From positions 1 to 50,639 of the forward strand of contig JAUCBJ010004395.1 of the NCBI GenBank assembly GCA_032718475.1: a stretch of DNA of 50,639 nucleotides. Direction: 5' to 3'. A program made the translations under genes and the position numbers. Below the pieces are notes generated by a model that saw only the letters and a program-made list of their open reading frames with translations, ran no database searches and was not told where the DNA came from. Source of the DNA: Nemertoderma westbladi (taxonomy: Eukaryota; Animalia; Xenacoelomorpha). This document shows, piece by piece, positions 46,583 through 50,639 of this stretch (positions within the stretch are counted from its first letter, which is position 1; each line of letters opens with the position of its first letter).

Positions 46583-47747
46583 TGTAATAATTACTGATTA
46601 TTTTGCACATTTCATTTACATCATAAATTAACTTAATTTGGTTCATTTTTTATTGTTTAATCGGAGAGCTTAATATATCGCGTTTGTTTTGGATTCTGTG
46701 CCATAATTAGTTTTGTGACTTTGATTTTTCGGAGGAGCTTGTTGTTTAACGCTAATTATATTTACTGTTAGTATTCCGTTGTGTAATGTTTATGTACAGC
46801 TTTTATATTAAGGTACTTTGTTTCTTTAGGTAATAATTGTTTTATATCACGACAAGTTCGCCAAAATATTTAGCGTAATTTCCTCAACTCAATTATTGTA
46901 TTTTGCTATAATAAATGATGCAATATGCATAATTATTAATAATTATCACCGATAATTCTCGAATACATCTTATGTACCTATATTAATTAACAATAATTAG
47001 TAGTTGATTATTCCTTTATTTAGTCTAGATATTACCGTTTGTTTGACTTTGGCCATTAATTTACATTTGTCATATTTTCATACGTCCTACTTCTGTTTCC
47101 ATTACAATAACTCACTCTATATAACCCTACTCACCCTACTTCCTACTAGTACTTCATTCAAGGTAAACTACTTCTAATATGCTGCTTACTTTTAATCTTT
47201 CAACAGCTTTTTATTGTAAACACTTTATTTTCTTTCGTAACTGTATATATTTTAACATCACTTATTTCACTCCCCACTATATTAACATTGACATTGACAT
47301 TACACGTACAACACCCCTCACTCACTGATAAAAATGGGTCAATACAAATTGAATATTTTTACATCGTTATATTTATCCCCATGTCGACTGTCTATATAGA
47401 GTCTTTAATCAACGAACGCAAACTTGTGAAATTAGAAGACGAGATATGAATAAAAAAACTTGTATTTGATTACGTATTCTAGTCTTTTTTTTTAAATCTA
47501 GTTAAGCTAAATCGAAAATTGCCACTTAACTTTAACGAACTCTTTAATTCTGTAGAAAAGTTGTAAGTAAAATATGTGGCGTCTTTACTCATTCCTCTTT
47601 TTGAAATAGCTTCAGAGATTACTCTACCTATTTTTTGATGTAGACCCCCCCCCCCAGCCCCCCCCCCCCCCCCCCCCCCTGGTATAGTAGCATATGGTAT
47701 TTTGCACGGGGAAGTAAGTATTCTACCATAAGGATGGTAGAAATCCC

Positions 47748-47963
47748 GGGTCAGACTAAAACGCGGATCCGGATTCTACATTTAACATTGTCCCTATACG
47801 GAAGTCGATTTTTTTTTACATTTTTATAACTCCCAAAAATAAAACTATAACCTGTTCTATTCACTTTAGTTTATTGTTTTGGTTAAAATAACGTGCTACT
47901 GTAACCTGCCCCTTTCCCTTAATTGATAATTTTGGAATCCGGATCCGCGTTTTACACCTACCC
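47748..47963. mobile_element. Mutator-like MITE
   Basis: TIRs GGGT....TAAAACGCGGATCCGGATTC. 9-bp TSD AGAAATCCC at 47739-47747 and 47964-47972. Its interior resembles 19640-19720 and, inverted, 49630-49720. Confidence 0.8.
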
Positions 47964-48739
47964 AGAAATCCCCCCCCCCCCCCCCCCCCCCCACCTTGGC
48001 TGAGTACACTACAGTATGATACCGGTATCTGTGTTATCATCAATAAGACAGGGTGAAGAGTAAAATATATCTGTGGTAAACTGTACCATGAAATAAAAGC
48101 GGCATATTGAGGGGGGTATCCCGAACTGGATAAATTTTTACAAATTTCCATTTGGCCAAGTTTTTTTATTGTTATTTTTTCCCTCTTTGCTCTACTTATA
48201 GTTTTCGCGATCGCCTTAAACTATCCTTTACACACCGTAAACTCGTGAAACTAATTAAATAATATCATCTCCTAACCCCATGCAATAACTAATATTATAT
48301 TGAGTGAGGTGTCTTGTCTATTTAATAACGTTATTGGATATTATTATTACAAGATCTTCTTATATTATGGTGATTGTGTTTTATCTGGATGTAGGTTTTT
48401 TTCTCCTTTATGTCTATGTACGGCTGTATTTTTAAATTTATTTGTCCCAACAATGTGGAATGTGCAACTTATACAACTTTACTTACTGTGTAGATTATTG
48501 TCTATTTTGATCGCCTGTTTCATAATAATATATTGTCCAACGTGATATATAAATATATCGCTAAAATTGTTTACTTACAGTCAACCTAATAATAATTTGC
48601 AATCTATATCATTTTACTAGCTCTTCTTCGTCTTCTACAAGTATTTCCATGTGTATTGGAGTGCCTCATTCCCACCCTCGCTCGCTCACTATCACGTTAA
48701 CGCTTGTTCAATAATACAATTATTGCTGACCACGGCTAC

Positions 48740-49215
48740 CTAACACACTATGGTACAATATATGCTGCATACAATATAATTGTATTAAATCGCATCAGGG
48801 ATCCCATTCTGAGACTGCTACGTGAAAATCAGAATGGGTTCCGTAAAGGTCGTGGGACCATGGAGCCTCTGTTACTTAGAATGATAATTGAAGAATTATC
48901 AAAAAAGAAGGACAGGCATCTGGCTGATATCTTTGTTGACTTCTTCAAGGCCTTTGATTCAGTCTCTCGCTCACGTATGTTCAGCATACTTTCATTATAT
49001 TGGATTCCTGATGAAATTATTGCAGCAATGTGATGGTTCGACAACATTTGTGTCTACTGTTGACGGTGACACAGAACCATTTGAAGTGTTATGGGGCATC
49101 CTCCAGGGAGACACACTTGCACCATTCTTGTTCATTATTGTGGTTGACTATGTTCTACGCATGTCCTTAGATCATCATAATGATGATGGGGTGATGGTAA
49201 CTGCTAGAGGAAACC
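48740..49215 (+). mobile_element. Decayed RTE-clade LINE RT fragment
   Basis: LRENQNGFRKGR, FVDFFKAFDSV, YWIP and GILQGDTLAPFLFIIVVDY across a frameshift. Confidence 0.88.
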
Positions 49216-49985
49216 AGCTAATAGACCAAATAACTGCCATTGTTGTGCATTGAAAATACACTTGTGTAGTTAGTTATATACGCATTTTCTTCTCTGCTTT
49301 AATGTAATAGTTAAGGGTAAAGAAAGCTAAATGCTTATGGCACCCGTACAAATCAATAGAAAAACCAATTACTGGAAAGGTCAAACTGAAAGTAAATAAT
49401 ATGTATTACCGGTATGTATGTATGTACTAGGGATGCGACAGAGCTAAAATTTCATCCGGAGCCGGAGTCCGGAGGTTTCTCCGGGTTACAATATGAGCTC
49501 CGGCCGGAGACGGAGCCGGAGCCGGAGGTTTGGTGATTGATAATTCAAGTGTATTATTATAGTAGACGTAGACAGATATGCGTTCATGAAACGGGAGGGG
49601 GGGGGGGATTTGATGCAAATTCTTACTCAATTATCAATTAAGGGAAATGAACAGTTTGCAGTCGCATGCTATTCTATTATAATCAAAACAATAAACTATA
49701 TTCAATAGAACAGGTTACAATTTTATTTTTGGGAGTAATTAGCAGTTATTTACGTCGATTTTCTCCTGGAGGGGAATGCATTTTGATTGCGTCCAATCAC
49801 AGTCAGTCAGTAACTTAGGTTTGTTGTCAACTTATCATTGACACTATTTTATGGGACATTGTGTAATTAATTTCCAGGAGTTGGTGCAGTTTTCAGTATA
49901 TTGTCATTGATAAACGATAAAATATGTACCACCTACCTACGTAGGCTGGCATAAACCGGATATCTAAAATAATATTAGTAATTTG

Positions 49986-50588
49986 TGTGAGCGGATTCAA
50001 TTCCGCCTCACCAACCCCATAAAGTTGGGAAGGGCGCCCTTTTAGCAATATTGGGGATACGAGGTTAATCCCAATTAACCTCGTATCACACAACCAATAA
50101 CGGGGACAACAAACCCCAAAGGGCCACACAAAGGGAGGTCAGAGGTTAAACCTCCTGGAGAGGGAAAGTAACAGCAGCGGGGGGGGGGGGAAGCACTCCC
50201 ACAGAGGTGGAGGCGAGAATGGGCTATACAACCAATGGGAGAGGAGAGCATCCGCTAGGTACAGAGGCCAGGAGACTGTAGGATAATCCAATGTATATAT
50301 TATCATTGCATAGCGCACTTGTACCGGTCAGTTCATCTCAGTCTTCTAGGGCAGATCGGTGACACTTTCTGTACCGTCACCGCCGTCACCAATCGTGATA
50401 TTTACCGGTACTTAGCCTGGTTTATCTCGTCATCTAAACTGTGCTGTCATATCCTATACCGTATATTATATTTCGACCTTATTAACAATACTGGAACGAC
50501 AACAATCTATTACTCTTTTTCTCAATTGCCCGGTGACGCTGACGCGTAACTGAAACTCAACCGGTCGGGATCCTCTGATCCCGTCACA
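49986..50588. mobile_element. Solo LTR related to 23248-23811, in opposite orientation
   Basis: TGT...ACA ends with 5-bp TSD ATTTG. Shares the terminus GATCCCGTCACA and ATTCAAT.CCGC..CCCCATAAA..AGCAATATTGGG blocks with the other copy. Confidence 0.88.
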
Positions 50589-50639
50589 ATTTGGATATAT
50601 CACAACTGTTTAGAGGGTCCTCGGGCTCTATTTACATTA

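Overview
AT-rich genomic DNA from an animal, probably an invertebrate; it is not prokaryotic. The backbone is an 11-exon stretch of an srGAP-family gene (F-BAR, RhoGAP, SH3, Pro/Ser-rich tail) on the + strand from 825 to 44652; its first exon(s) lie upstream of the window. The srGAP introns hold several nested genes: a DHRS1-like SDR fragment with an inverted partial copy, a repeat-rich type II membrane fibrinogen-domain (FReD) gene, and intronless SmD2, FANK1 and PEX5 genes. Mobile DNA is dense and often nested: a near-intact CRE-clade RT/restriction-like-endonuclease retrotransposon with an upstream Ulp1-like protease remnant, two RTE-type LINE fragments, a decayed P element (62-bp TIRs, 7-bp TSD) containing a solo LTR and sitting inside a second TIR element, a related solo LTR near the window end, Mutator- and Harbinger-like MITEs, and tRNA-derived SINE heads. 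A 27-bp hairpin satellite starts just after the srGAP stop codon. The best novelty candidates are the protease-ZnF-RT-RLE element, the FReD gene split by a TIR-bounded insertion that may have become an intron, and the same-strand intronless genes inside one 21-kb intron. All family assignments come from motif recognition by eye; no database search was run.
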